From: Lytechinus pictus
Lineage: Eukaryota
Length of the DNA stretch: 64,000 nt
Assembly (NCBI RefSeq): GCF_037042905.1
Contig: NC_087250.1
Coordinates: 14,820,001-14,884,000, forward strand
Reading direction: 5' to 3'
This document shows, one piece after another, positions 1 through 13,100 of the stretch. The notes under the pieces were generated by a model, which saw only the letters and a list, made by a program, of their open reading frames with translations, searched no databases and was not told where the DNA came from. Each line of letters begins with the position of its first letter. Position 1 is the stretch's first letter. The position numbers and the translations under genes were made by a program.

Positions 1-541
1 AATAATAATCGTAAAGGAAAACAAAATAAAGGTTTGATGCTGATCATTTGGTCTGTTTGTAATAACACAGTCATAAAGCCAGGCATGATACACAGAAATA
101 TACAAATAGAAAAACCGTTGGATCAGACACTCAAAATCTGTGGGAATATGGCTGTGCCACTCCCAGAAAAAATAATCACAGAAACAAAAATCTCACTATA
201 TATTTATCTAAATCATTTTTTTCCTCAGGATTTCAAGGTCTGCTAATCAGCATAGAAAATAATGCCTTCAAAGTAGGCCCTTGGGAGAAGTCTGTTCATT
301 ATTTAGTTGTTTGTATGTTAAGCATCACTTTTTCACTAGTGGTAACAAACACAATCACTTATACCAAGGGCCTGTTAGACAAAATAAAACTTGAAACAAA
401 TAGTAGTCCAAATGGAGCCAGCCCATGTAGACATTTTCCCATGTAGCAGGGCCCTATTTACACTGGCAAGCTTGTATCATAGACTCCTGAAATTGTGTTG
501 TTTTGTTAAGGAGAGAGTAGGTGTCACATTGAACATTTCAG

Positions 542-799
542 GGGAGTGTTTCAAGAAGCAACTTGTCAGTGATTTAACCGACTAGTCTGTTATGAGCCAA
601 TCAAATGAAAGGATTTCAGTAGCTTAAAATAGTTGTATCAAAGGCTCCTTAGATTGAACCACATCCATCAAGCAGACCCTGTTACCTTGACACTTGAAAT
701 CCTACTAATTTGCTCTGAGCCAATCAGGTGCAACGATATCAGTAGCTTATAACAGGTGTCATTGAAAATCACTGGCTATTTGTTTTATGAAAGACTCCC
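542..799. mobile_element. PIF/Harbinger-like MITE
   Basis: Imperfect TIR gggagtgtttca...tgaaagactccc, 3-bp TSD CAG. Confidence 0.6.
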
Positions 800-957
800 C
801 AGATTAAAAACAAGTTCAAAGATGCGAAAGGTTAGCAATTAATCTTAAGCTTGTTTTTCAAGATTGATTGTACATGTACATTGTAGTCAATGCAATCAAT
901 CATAGAAAAATGTTCTACGATCATCGCTAAGCTTTGTGTTACGGGTCCCCCTGTTAC

Positions 958-1199
958 CTTGAGACTTGGAACCCTTCTGGTAGCACCGGGGCCTTCTCGT
1001 TGCTCCCATCCACGTAGCCCTGGACCAGCTCCAGAGCGTTCTCAGGTCTGGTGTCCTGCGGGATGACCTTAGAGATCTTGAGCAGGAGGCCTTCCAGCTC
1101 GGCGGACATGGAACTGGTCTTGTAGCTGTCAAACTCTGGGAAGGTCTTTGGCTTGAAGTAATCGAAGATGTAGCAGCAGTTGGACCAGTCGAGTTGGAC
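958..1199 (-). CDS. CABIN1: CABIN1 exon VQLDW...[22 protein letters not shown]...PVLPEG
   Basis: Matches [22 protein letters not shown]; 242 nt, donor gtaaca. Confidence 0.95.
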
Positions 1200-4100
1200 C
1201 TGGAATAAGAGCAAATTAAATGACCGAAGTGGGTCTTGTAGAGCTCTGTTGAATTTCAAATAATATCAAACACAATAAGAGTTTGTCATGTAGCTGCACA
1301 ATTCTGGGAAGACATAAGGCTGGAAGAATCAAGAGATGATCAGCGTAAGTAGTTGGACCAGTACAGGTAAAGCTGGAGCAAAATCCAAATACATATTGTC
1401 ACGGTTCCTTAATCAAAGCCTTGGGCTTAACACAGCAATAAATGCTACAGTGAGACTAATCCAATCTAACACGATTACATTTTTCTTGTAGCTGCCAAGT
1501 CTTGTCTAAATTTGTTCAGTAGGGTGTTCATAGAAAAAAAAGAAACACTGTTCTGTAAACGAACAAGCCTTGACTTTAGTCTTACCTCAGTTGTTCCATG
1601 ATCCTGTAGATGTCCTGTCTTTGTCTTCTGGGTAGAATGTACATAAAGACAAGAGAAACACTGTTCTGTGTCTAAACAAGTCTTACCTTAATCGCTCCAT
1701 CATCCTGTAGATGTCTTGTCTTTGTCTTCTTGGTAGGGTGTCCATAAAGACAAAAGAAACACTGTTCTGTAAATGAACAAGCCCTAACTATTCTAATCTT
1801 ACCTCAATCGCTCCATGATCCTGTAGATGTCTTGTCTTAGTCTTCTTGGTAGGATGTCCATAAAGACAAAAGAAACACTGTTCTAAGGTATGTCGAAGGT
1901 CACTCGAGAATGGATGCCTCTCATCCTCAGAGAACTTGCCGAGCTCTCTGCTCAGAACGCGGATGTACAGCTTCAGGAGGGCTCCCTCGCAGTTACAACA
2001 CCAGGATTGTCTGGATGGAAGAGATCATGGAATACATACAGAGATTTTTTTTTCTAACTTCATTTCCAGATTGAGTATGCGTTCTTAATTACTGAGTGCA
2101 AGCCATACATTGTATCTCCCATAACATACAGGTACTATTACTCAAATCTAACGAAGTGGAAGTCACACAAGACAGTAACTCCATTTTACTTAGAAGAGCA
2201 TAACAACTAAGTACTGAAAGGCTATATGACACTCAAAACATTTTGGCCTCAGCTTATTGTCAATTACACTTAAACACAATGATTTTGGTTTTGTCACTTT
2301 ATTTTCAACAATCTCTCATTTATAAATGGAAGCATGGAAGAGACGTAGTGTAGCGGATCTGACTCTCTTATAATCAGAGGGTCGTGTGTTCGAATCTCAC
2401 CATGGCCTAGCGTCCTTTGGCAAGGCGTCAATCCACAATTTGCCACTCTCCATCGCGGTGTTAGATGGGTACCCGTTAGGATGCGAAGCCTATGTAGTAC
2501 GACTAGCAACTGAGTCTTTGAACTCTTGTTGGAATGCTCCCCAGGGAGTGGAGAAGGTGAATACATTGTATGCGGGCATGAAAGGATCCGATGACCGGAG
2601 AAATAATATATCTATAAAGCGCTTAGAGACGCCGTTCTGATGTATTAAGCGCTATAAAAAAGTGGATTATTATGATTTTCAATAAATCAATTGGATATTT
2701 CTTATTCATTATTCGATTGTTTTGTGCATTCTGTCTGCAAAATATGTTATAAAAATTTCTCACCTTCCCAGGTAATCATGAGCATTCTCAAGTAGCATGA
2801 GGGAAGATGATATCATTGGAACGGAGCTGGGTGAATTACTTCCATCTGCTCCCTCATGGTCAGACGAGGGCAGGCTTTTAGCCGCTAAGTGGTCTTCCTC
2901 ACTGCAAAGTAAACAAATCAATTCAATGCGATAACTATGGAAATCTAAACCCATGGGCCCGTATTCTGAAGTCGGGTTTAACTTAGACTCAGGTTTAAAT
3001 TTGTGGTTTAAGTATGGGAAGCCAAAAGTATCAAATTTTTTTATAAAGTTGCATGTTTCTTATGTTTACTGTGCTCTTTCCTGATTCATCGATGGTGAAG
3101 ACAATCATCTATTTATACTTCCTACACAATTATGAATGATTTGAGAACCAAATGAGCTGAAATATGATATCTATACTGTTAGTAATTTATGTAACAATTG
3201 GCTATCCATACTTAAACCACAACTTTAAACCTGAGTTTAAGTTAAACCTGCAATCAGAATACGGGCCACAAGGTGCAGCCAAGTGGGTTTAAAAGTTCGA
3301 TAGTTACCTTATGCTCTCAAAACCTACCGATGCACTCACATCTGTGCATCATTTGTTTTATCGAATGGTTAAATTTTTCGGCAAAAAAATCATTAATAGT
3401 TTTTTTACAGCCATGCATAAGTAATTACCATCACATGGCTAGCCAGGCATCCGGTAAATTTGCCATGCATACATAATTACTGGACGCATGGCAAATTTAC
3501 CGGATGTAATTACTTAATATGCATGATACCCATTCTATAATACTTACTATTTAATGATGTGGTACAGAACAACCCAAGGCATGATCGATGTGGGATTGGT
3601 TGTCTCGTTGACATTTTGATCCATGATAGTCCATTCCGTGATCATATTGGCTATTACAAATAATATCAGATCACATGAGGCGCATTGGACCAATCAACTG
3701 CGCAGATTGTTTTCAAGAGGGTTATAATACTTACTATTTAATGATGTGGTATAGGACAACCCAAGGCATGATTGATGTGGGATTGGTTGTCTCGTTGACA
3801 TCATTATGATCCATGATAGTCCATTCCATGATCATATTGGCTATTACAAATCGTATCAGATCACATGGCGCGCATTGGACCAATCAACTGCGCAGATTAT
3901 TTTCAAGAGGGTTATAATACTTACTATTTAATGATGTGGTATAGGACAACCCATGGCATGATTGATGTGGGATTGGTTGTCTCGTTGACATCATTTTGAT
4001 CCATAGTCCATTCTATGATCTTGATCAAGGTGTTGACGGCCTTTCTCAGTAATCCAGTTCCTCCTGTTCCCAAAGAACTGATCTCACAACACTCAAATGA

Positions 4101-7100
4101 TCTGAGAATAATGAAATAAAGAAATAACATTTCTATAACGCCTTTTCTAAGAAAGGTACAAAGCGCATTACATGTAAGTTATTTACAATTAAATAAAATA
4201 TAAACATATGCAGAGATCATTGGCCTTTTACAGGATAGTTCCAATACCTGTGGAATATTCCATATTATAAGTATGAAACATATAAATTAAAAAACAAACA
4301 TAATAATAATAGGCATTTATATACATGTAGTGCCATCTATCTCGATATGAATCTATTCTGAGTCGCATTGTTATTATTACCCCGGCTTTAGCTCGAGCTG
4401 CCTTTCAGCGCTCTGTGCATTCGAGGAATTAATCCTGCCAGGTACCCAATCACTTTGCCTGGGTTGAGTGCAGCACAATGTGGGATAAATTTCTTCCTGA
4501 AGGAAAACACGCCATGGCTGGGATTCCAAACCACTAGACCATGGAGCCCCCACAAACAGGATGCTACTGGGGATGATAGGATTTTGAAACACACTTACGT
4601 TTGAAGATGGTGAAGAATCTTATTGAGGGTTTCCAGCCAGAGCTGATGGAAGGCTTGCAACCCTTCTCGCTGGACACCTTGCCACGTCTCCACCATTCCC
4701 AGAACACAACAGAATATACTTTCCTGGATAGGAGAAAAATTCGGAAAAGGCAAAGATGAGGAGGAGGATTCTCAGCATTTGCATGACACTATAATGTACC
4801 TGTTTAAATAAAAGTTAACAATCAAATGTTTATGATGATGATTGTAATTGCGGTGATGATGATGATGGTGATGATGACAGTGATGATGATGAAGATAATT
4901 GTGATGATGATGATGATGGTGGTGATGATGATGGTGGTGATGATGGTGATGAAGATGATGATTGTAATGATGATGATTATCAGAGTGCAGTGGTGATGAT
5001 TATCAGAGTGCAGTGGTAATGATGATGATGGTGGTGGTGATGATGATGATTATTGTAATAATAGTGATGATGATAATGATGGTGATGATGATGATGATTG
5101 TAATGATGATAATTATCAGAGTGCAGTGGTAATGATGATGATAATGATGGTGATGATGATGATGATTATCAGAGTGCAGTGGTAATGCTGATGATGATAA
5201 TGGTGGTGGTGATGATGATTATAATGATGGTGATGATGATTGTAATGATGAGGATTATCAGAGTGCAGTGGTAATGATGATGATTGTAATGGTGATGATG
5301 ATGATAGTAATGAAAATGATGATAGTATTGGTGATGATGTTGATGATATGAACCTTGTGAAATACAAAACAGTGTGGTCCATTGGTTATAACATTGGACT
5401 CATAATCGTAAGGTTGGGAGTTTAAATCCCTACTCTGCCATTGTCTCCACTTTGATAAAAAGACCCGAGAGTACTACCTGTCGTCTATAAAGTCAGCCAC
5501 TATGACTGATTAACCTAGATGTAAAATGTTTCCTAGGTAATTGGTTATATACCAGCTTGGCGTTTACCAGCAAAACGATGTCCTGTCGAGTTCCTACGGG
5601 AGTTACCATAAACAGAAACCTTAGTATCTTTCAATGCTATCTGTGAATGGATGATTATGAAAAGCTAAAAATATCTTTCTAGGGTGTTTCCTTGACACAC
5701 CGCCTCACGGTTATATCCCCCCTTGACCCCCTTAGAAATCTTGCTAGCACTAAAACTTTATAGGATATAAATTCACAAGAATTACTTTGGTATCTTTTAG
5801 CTCCATCTGAGACTGGATGAGCAGAAGAAGCTGGGAGCATCTCTCTGGGGTATTCTCCGGACGCACTGCCTTCGGCGTGTGTCTGAGGGTGGGGCGGAGA
5901 AGCTCCACCACCTTGCCATGTTCCCCTGAGGCATGCAGACGTTGGAGCTGCTCCAGGCTTTGGCATCGCTGCAGGGACTCAACCTCAGATGTGATGCTAG
6001 CTGTAAAATAATCACAGAAAAGGAAAAGTAGACTTCACCCAATCTTACAATCTGATTTTTATTTATTTATTTCTGATATTTTGACAGGGTAGCCCATTCA
6101 CCAATAAGTAGTGGTCTTCCATGGGGCCCTGAATAACAATAAACATATTTACAAAATGAATAACGTACATGTATGTACAGAATGTTACGGCATTAAAATT
6201 CACATTAGGATTTGAATGTAAAACGAAACATTAACAAACTTAGCAGCAAACTTAGTTGATCAACCTCAACTATGGAAAAATCAGCAATGCCCACATCTAA
6301 AATGCATGTTTCTTCAAAAAATTTCTTGATATGATGTATATTCATACATTCATCGTTTTCTTGACAATTGGTGTGTTTGCCTTTGTTTACAAAAGACATT
6401 TTGCAAATTTCCTGTAGAAAAAATTATGACACCAATGGATTTCTGTAGAGCTACGATTGATTGGATAAATTGTAACTCTTTGTAAGACAGGGCCCAAGGC
6501 CAACTGCAGATAGAGTTGCGATTAAACGCAAGTCAATATATCAAGCGCAAGTCCCTTATTTACACAATTTTGATTGGTTGAAGGCCAAGTTGCAAATAAT
6601 TTTCAGAGTTGAGCTTGATTACAGCTTTTTCTGCAAGGGGCACCAAGTTGTCTCGTTGCCACATATATCTGATTACGTTTGGTATGAAGGATGGTGAGTT
6701 TTCTGATAAAAAAAACTTTAGTATAACATATCTTTTTATAAAAGTAAAAGGCAAACAACTGGATATTGTAAGTTTTTTGTATGAGCAAACTGGAGAGTTA
6801 AAACATAGTAATTTTTTTTTTCCAATGTACCTCTGTCGAAACTTTAAAAAATCTTCTAAAAACTTTATTATTCAACTCTTCGCTCTTTATTCACCTTGAA
6901 CACTCTACAGAGTGGATTTGGCGCTTTATAAGTCACACATTATAAATACTGGGCTGATGCAGTCAACTTATCATCATCAACAAATCCATTCTCTCTGTGA
7001 AAATTCTTCTCTCAGCCAATCAAATGTGAGGATTTCAATAGCTTTTAACAGTAACTTGCTCTGTGAAACAGGGCCTGCCTATACTCTACCTATTGAGATC

Positions 7101-10100
7101 AATGCTCCATGTTTGATGTTTGTCACTGTAACTTCAGTTGGCCTCTGTTCTTCGATCGCAACATCCTCATTGATCTCCATCTTCTCCTCCTCCTCTCCTT
7201 CCTTTGTTTGCTGTCTTTCATCTATTCTCTTCTCCTCCTCTCTCTTCAGAACTTCTTTGCACTAAAAGAGAGACAAACTCAAATTAATTAATCAAATTTT
7301 CTAACTCATTTCCATTTTTACCTTCACTGATTTTCCTCAGTTTTCAATATATTTGCATCCAACAGGTTTACTGTAATACTGCCATACTTTGGCAAAAGGA
7401 AGCAAGTTACAAAAGTATCATTTGTTGTAAATGAGCAATGTGCGTTCGCCATTTACATAGGCATCAATGCAATTTAACAACATATTTTCTTTAATATCTT
7501 TCCATAGAACGATCATTTCTTCCCCAAATTTTGCCTCAACGTGCAACATACAAAGGGTGTTTCAGAAACAACAATAACTCAAATTTGACTGATGTGTCAC
7601 TTGCTTTCTTTTGCCGAAGTTGGGCAGTTAATTGAGACCATAATGTTCCTATTTACTAAACTTTGTTAGTCAAAGATAACATTCAAGGGATGTTGCAAGA
7701 AACTCTTAATCAATTGTAAAGCTAAGTTTAGGTTCATTGTAAGCAAGTTTGACACTGATTGATATTTTACTTGCGGTCTAAAGTACCAACTTATTTTCAA
7801 CATTTGGAATCGATATATCAATTAAAATATTTTTGCACAATTGCATCCAGAAGGCTTATTCTAATGAGACTATCATTTCCTATTTTACACTATAATTTAT
7901 TCACTAAACTACAGTGTAGTGTTAGATTTTAGTCAATTAAGTGAAAGATAACTGATAACAAAGGGATATTGTTTTCAGCAGGTCAAATCATTCTAGCAAT
8001 TTCCTCTTTTGTGATTGAAATATGATTCTACCACCATTCCCCTCAGTAAAGTACACATCTTATCCTGTTTTCAACAGTTAAAATCGATCTCGCAATTTCC
8101 TCTTTTGTGATTGAAATATGATTCTACCACCATTCCCCTCGGTAAAGTACACATCTTATCCTGTTTTCAACAGTTAGCATCGATCTAGCAATTTCCCTTT
8201 TTGTGATTGAAATATGATTATTCAAACATTCCCCTCGGTAAAGTTCACGTCTTACCCTCTCAAATGCATCTTCACCTTCCGCCGTTTTTCCGATCTGAAG
8301 ATAATACCGAGCCTGCAGCCAGTGTACTGTAGGGGGAAACAACATGATGATAATCTGCTTGTTGCCGGTACCAAAGGCCACAGATCTGGCAACATGTACT
8401 GAATCAATGTGACTTCCTGGAGGTACATCATATCATCTTCATGGTACTCTAACACCCACTGATGGTTGCACAAAAGGTTCCCCATTCACTACACGTGATA
8501 CACTTAAATGATCAATGGTACCATCTTGCCAGTATCAAAGCTTACAGGTCTGGCAACATGAATTAAATCAAAGAGAGTTATTATTATTCACTACACTTTA
8601 CATAATTAAATGAACAATGGTAAACACTGTACCTCTTGCTGGTACCACAGGCCACAGGTCTGGCAACATGTACTGCATCAAGGTGAGTTCCTGGAGGTAC
8701 ATCATATCATCTTCATGGTGCTCTCCCCATTTGAAGGTGCAAGTTGTGGTATTTGCACCAAGCCTGCATATAGGAGAGAGTACATGTATTTCTGTAATGA
8801 CTAAGAATGCTCATATCTGATTGAACTGCATCGGTATGGTCTCATGAATATTTCAATATCAAAACTTAAAGACCATTCATACCGTATCTTAGTTTGACTG
8901 ACATGCAATTCGGTGGATTCACAATACGGTGCGCCACCATCTATTGGTTGCAGCGAACAGGCCAATTGTCTAACCTCGCAGGCGACATCGCGCGCATGCA
9001 GCGCACAGTGCTAGTTTACTGTAATGTGACTGTGATGCTTCAAAAATTAAAACCATATGGCACAAATTTACCAAACGGTCTAAATTTCTCGCAAAAATAT
9101 GCGGGCAAATTTCCCTCCCACCTCCTGGACCCTAGTAAATAGCATATCCGGTTGAGCTGCGTCGGCCCGCGCTGAATAATTGCATGCATACACTTTAGTA
9201 CTAGCATGTGCAACTTTTTCCCCATGAGGCATTGCGAATTTTAGCCCGTCCGCTGCAACCAATAGATGGCGCCCCGTATTGTGAATCCAACGAACCGCTG
9301 ATGCTGCGGGAAATATTGCCATGAGTCTCTACAACCAGACCCTCATAGGGATGAAATCATTTAAATGGTTCCATGACATTTGCTCCGCTGTGAATTCCAC
9401 ACACTAATCGAATGACCAACTTCTTCTTCCAGAGTAAGTGCTACTTCAATGTGATGAAGATAAACGCACTGGTTGTGTGTGTACAGTGTATGTGTGGAAC
9501 TTTTCACATACTGTTATTTCATAATAAATTAAGCTCTTGTTCTTGTAGTGCATGTGCGAATATATACATGTGTAAGTAAAAACATTCTTGTTTGTGGTGT
9601 TTACTTCAGCATCCCACTCAAGAAGGCCTTGAAGGCATCAACAGAGGGGTAATTACTGGTTCCTGTTGGAGGTTGTTCCAGTCCTTGCAGGTTCTTGGGA
9701 AGAAGAAGCATGGGTTTAACACAATACCCTACTAATATACCCTAACCAACATAAAACCCTATTGCAACCCTAACCCTAATCCTAATCTTGCACAAAATAA
9801 AGCCCGGAGCTATTGTTGCCAGAGCAAATGTTGTGTCCCCATTTTGATATGCTGTTCCACCATTTCATGCCCTTTTGTTGACATAATTAAAAAGGAAAAT
9901 TGCACGAAGGTCTAATTTGTGTGTCTAGAGCATCATGGGTGTGGTGGCTCGCCTTGTAAAGAAGGTCGTGTGTTTGAATCCCACCACAGCCTAGCATCCA
10001 CTGTCAAAGCGTCAATCCACATTTTGCCACTCGTCACCCAGGTGTTAAATGGGTACCTGGTATGGTGTGAAAGCCTATGAAGTACATGTATGCTTAGAAT

Positions 10101-13100
10101 TCAGGGAGGCGCGAGAGCTCAGTCGGTAGAGTGGGGTTCAATTCCCACTTGGTGCACTAGTGCCCTTTGGTATAAAGACATTCATCCTCATTACCAGGTC
10201 CCTCACAAAGGACATATAAGCTGTCGGTCCTCTGGTTGCTTGCTTGCTTTCAAGCATTCATGCTTTGTTAGCAATCAGGTAAAAAATCACCACCATTTAC
10301 CAAGTTTGGAAACTCTTGTTGGAATACTCCCAAAGGGAGTGGAGAAAGTGCATACAATGTCAGAGGGCATGCAAGGATCCAATATCGGAGCAGTATTGTA
10401 GCTGTAAAGTGCGCTAGAGATGTCATTCCTAATAGGTACTCGATAGGGTGAGAAAACCTATGAAGTATGCCTAGCAAATTGAGAATCTTGTTGGAATGCA
10501 CCCTAGGGAGTGGAGAAAGTACATGACTTATGTGTGGGCAAGCCACTAAACACTTCAGGGTCCTATCTTACAAAGAGTTGGTATTGATCCAATCAATCGT
10601 AACTTTTTGAAAAACCATCAGTGTCATAATTTTTTTTACAGGAATTTGCAAAATGTCCTTTGTACACAAAGGCGAACACACCAAATCGTCAAGAGAACGA
10701 TTAATTTATGAATACACATCATATACATCTAGAATTTTTTTTGAGCAAATGTGCATTATAGATGTTGACGATGCTGGCCGTCCATAGTTGTGATTGATTG
10801 CATCAATCACAGCTCTTTGCAAGACGGGACAAGACGTCATTCTGGGCCCCGTCTTACAAAGAGTTGCGATTGATCCGATCAATCACAACTATGGATGGCC
10901 AGTAAAGTCATCATCTCTTACGCATGTTTTTTTCAGAATACTTTCTAACTTTGATGTATATTCATGCATTCATTGTTTTCTTGAAAAATCCCTGTGCTTC
11001 TCTTTGCTTACAAAGGGCATTTTGCAAATTTCCTGTAGATAAAATTATGACACTGATGGATTTCCATTGAGTTTCGATTGATTGGATCAATCGTAACTCT
11101 TTGTAAGACGGGCCGCTAATTTATCAAGAGCAATATTAAGTAGAATATAATTATCATTATCATATACTAACATGGCTGGTGATGCTGCCGGCGTGTTACC
11201 ATTAGTCTTCGCAGACAGACACCGATCAAGGTTGAACTCCGCTGATAGAAGACACATCATACTCATCTCACGAACGACCATCTCGTCCTCGTCACAGCTG
11301 AAGAAAATGAGAAGGATCGAGTCAAAATATACATTCATAATATCTGAGCTTGTATTCTGATCTCTTGTACACATCTAGGAATATAGCTATCAACCATCAG
11401 GACTTCTGAAATCATGTTTAAGCTCCCAGTCTTTCCCATTATTAGCAATAGATAGAAATCTATTATGTTTCATTTCAAACACTTTTTAAAAGTGGTCAAA
11501 AATCAAACTTCCAACAACAATTCTTGCAGACTGATTTGCTTTCTCTATCTCTGATAGACATCTAGGAACACAGCTGTCAATAAATCAGGACACCTGAGAT
11601 CATGTTCGTCTACCAGTCTTTATGATCATAAGCAAGAAATATTGAGATTCAACTGAACAGAACAGTTCAGGCAGACTGATATGCTTTCTCACTCTTTTGT
11701 AAACATCCAGAAACACAGCTGCCATGACATCAAGCGATCTCAGATCATGTTTGGCTACCAGTCTTAACAATTATCAGCAAAATATAAAAATATAGATAGT
11801 TTCATTTCAAACATAATTGAAATTGGTGAAAGATTAAACTTACCAGAATAACTCGGGCAGACTGATATGCTTTCTCAATCTTTTGTAAACATCAAGGAAC
11901 ACAGCTGCCAGTCCATCAGGCCATCTTATATCGTGTTTGGCTACCAGTCTTTCAAGATACCTGCTCATGACATCAATGATGCCATTATTCAACTGACACT
12001 CAACCAGTAAACTGTGAACATCATCTGATTCCCCGGCTATGAAGGCATCTCTGTCGATCACAGGGGATTCTGAAATTTTAGGAAAGCAAGATATAACAAT
12101 GATGATCATTTATTGGGTATTATACATGGTCTACCTTCATTTTATTTAATGCCATTCAGTCCAACATTTTGTCTAACAACCATTTGGTCCAATCATCAAT
12201 TCATCTAATCACAAGTTTGTCTATGACCATTTCGTCTCATAACCAGTTGGTCTAGTATTTATTTTATTTTCATTCATTTCACCAAATTAACACTTAGTCC
12301 AATTAGACCAAATGTTATATGGACTAAATGGGTATTTTTCTCTAGAAACTTTGCGCAATGTCCTTTGTAAACAAAGAGAAGCACACAAATTTTCCAGAAA
12401 ACAATGAATGTAAGAATATTCAGCATAGCTAGAAAATATTTTTAACATGTAATTTAGAAGTTGACGTTGCTGGCTTTCCATAGTTGTGGTTGGTCGGATT
12501 ACTTATAACTCTTCGTATGCTGGGGCCCTGAATTATTTACATGATGAATAGGAGTTGGTTAGACCACATCTTATTGGCAAAACAATGTTTATCTTTACTA
12601 AATGAGGGCCCCGTCTTACATAGAGTTACGGTTGATCCAATCACCTGTTACTCTATGGAAATCCATCAGTGTAATAATTTCTTCTACAGGAAATTTGAAA
12701 ATGTCTGTTGTATAAACAAATAGTCAAGAATGAATAGAAAGAATAGTCAATGAATTTATGGATATGTACATTCATATTTAGAATTTTTTTTGAACAAACA
12801 TGCATTTATATGTTGACTTTGCTGGCTTTCCATAGTTGCGATTGATTGGATCAATAGCAACTCTTTGTAAGACGGGCCCCAGGGCTAAGTGACCAGATAT
12901 AATTTGCTGCATACTTTAGAAAATTTTAAAAGAGCTGAAAATCAAATTAAAAAAAGCTGAAATCAGGAGCTGAACCCTCATACACAGACCTAGTACTTAT
13001 CAATTCATCAACAACACTAGCTTTTATTTAAATCTTTTCATATAACCTCTCTTTAGGGCCAAGAGTAAGATGAATGTTTATGGAGATTTGGAACTACCCA

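Noticed and set aside
2336..2410. Functional tRNA genes at SINE heads (also 5372, 10106, 20340, 32960, 33700)
   Set aside because: Stems do not pair fully and each continues into a shared SINE body.
5116..5382. His-rich ORF; likewise Leu/Thr-rich ORFs at 21248-21440
   Set aside because: They are trinucleotide microsatellite translations inside CABIN1 introns.
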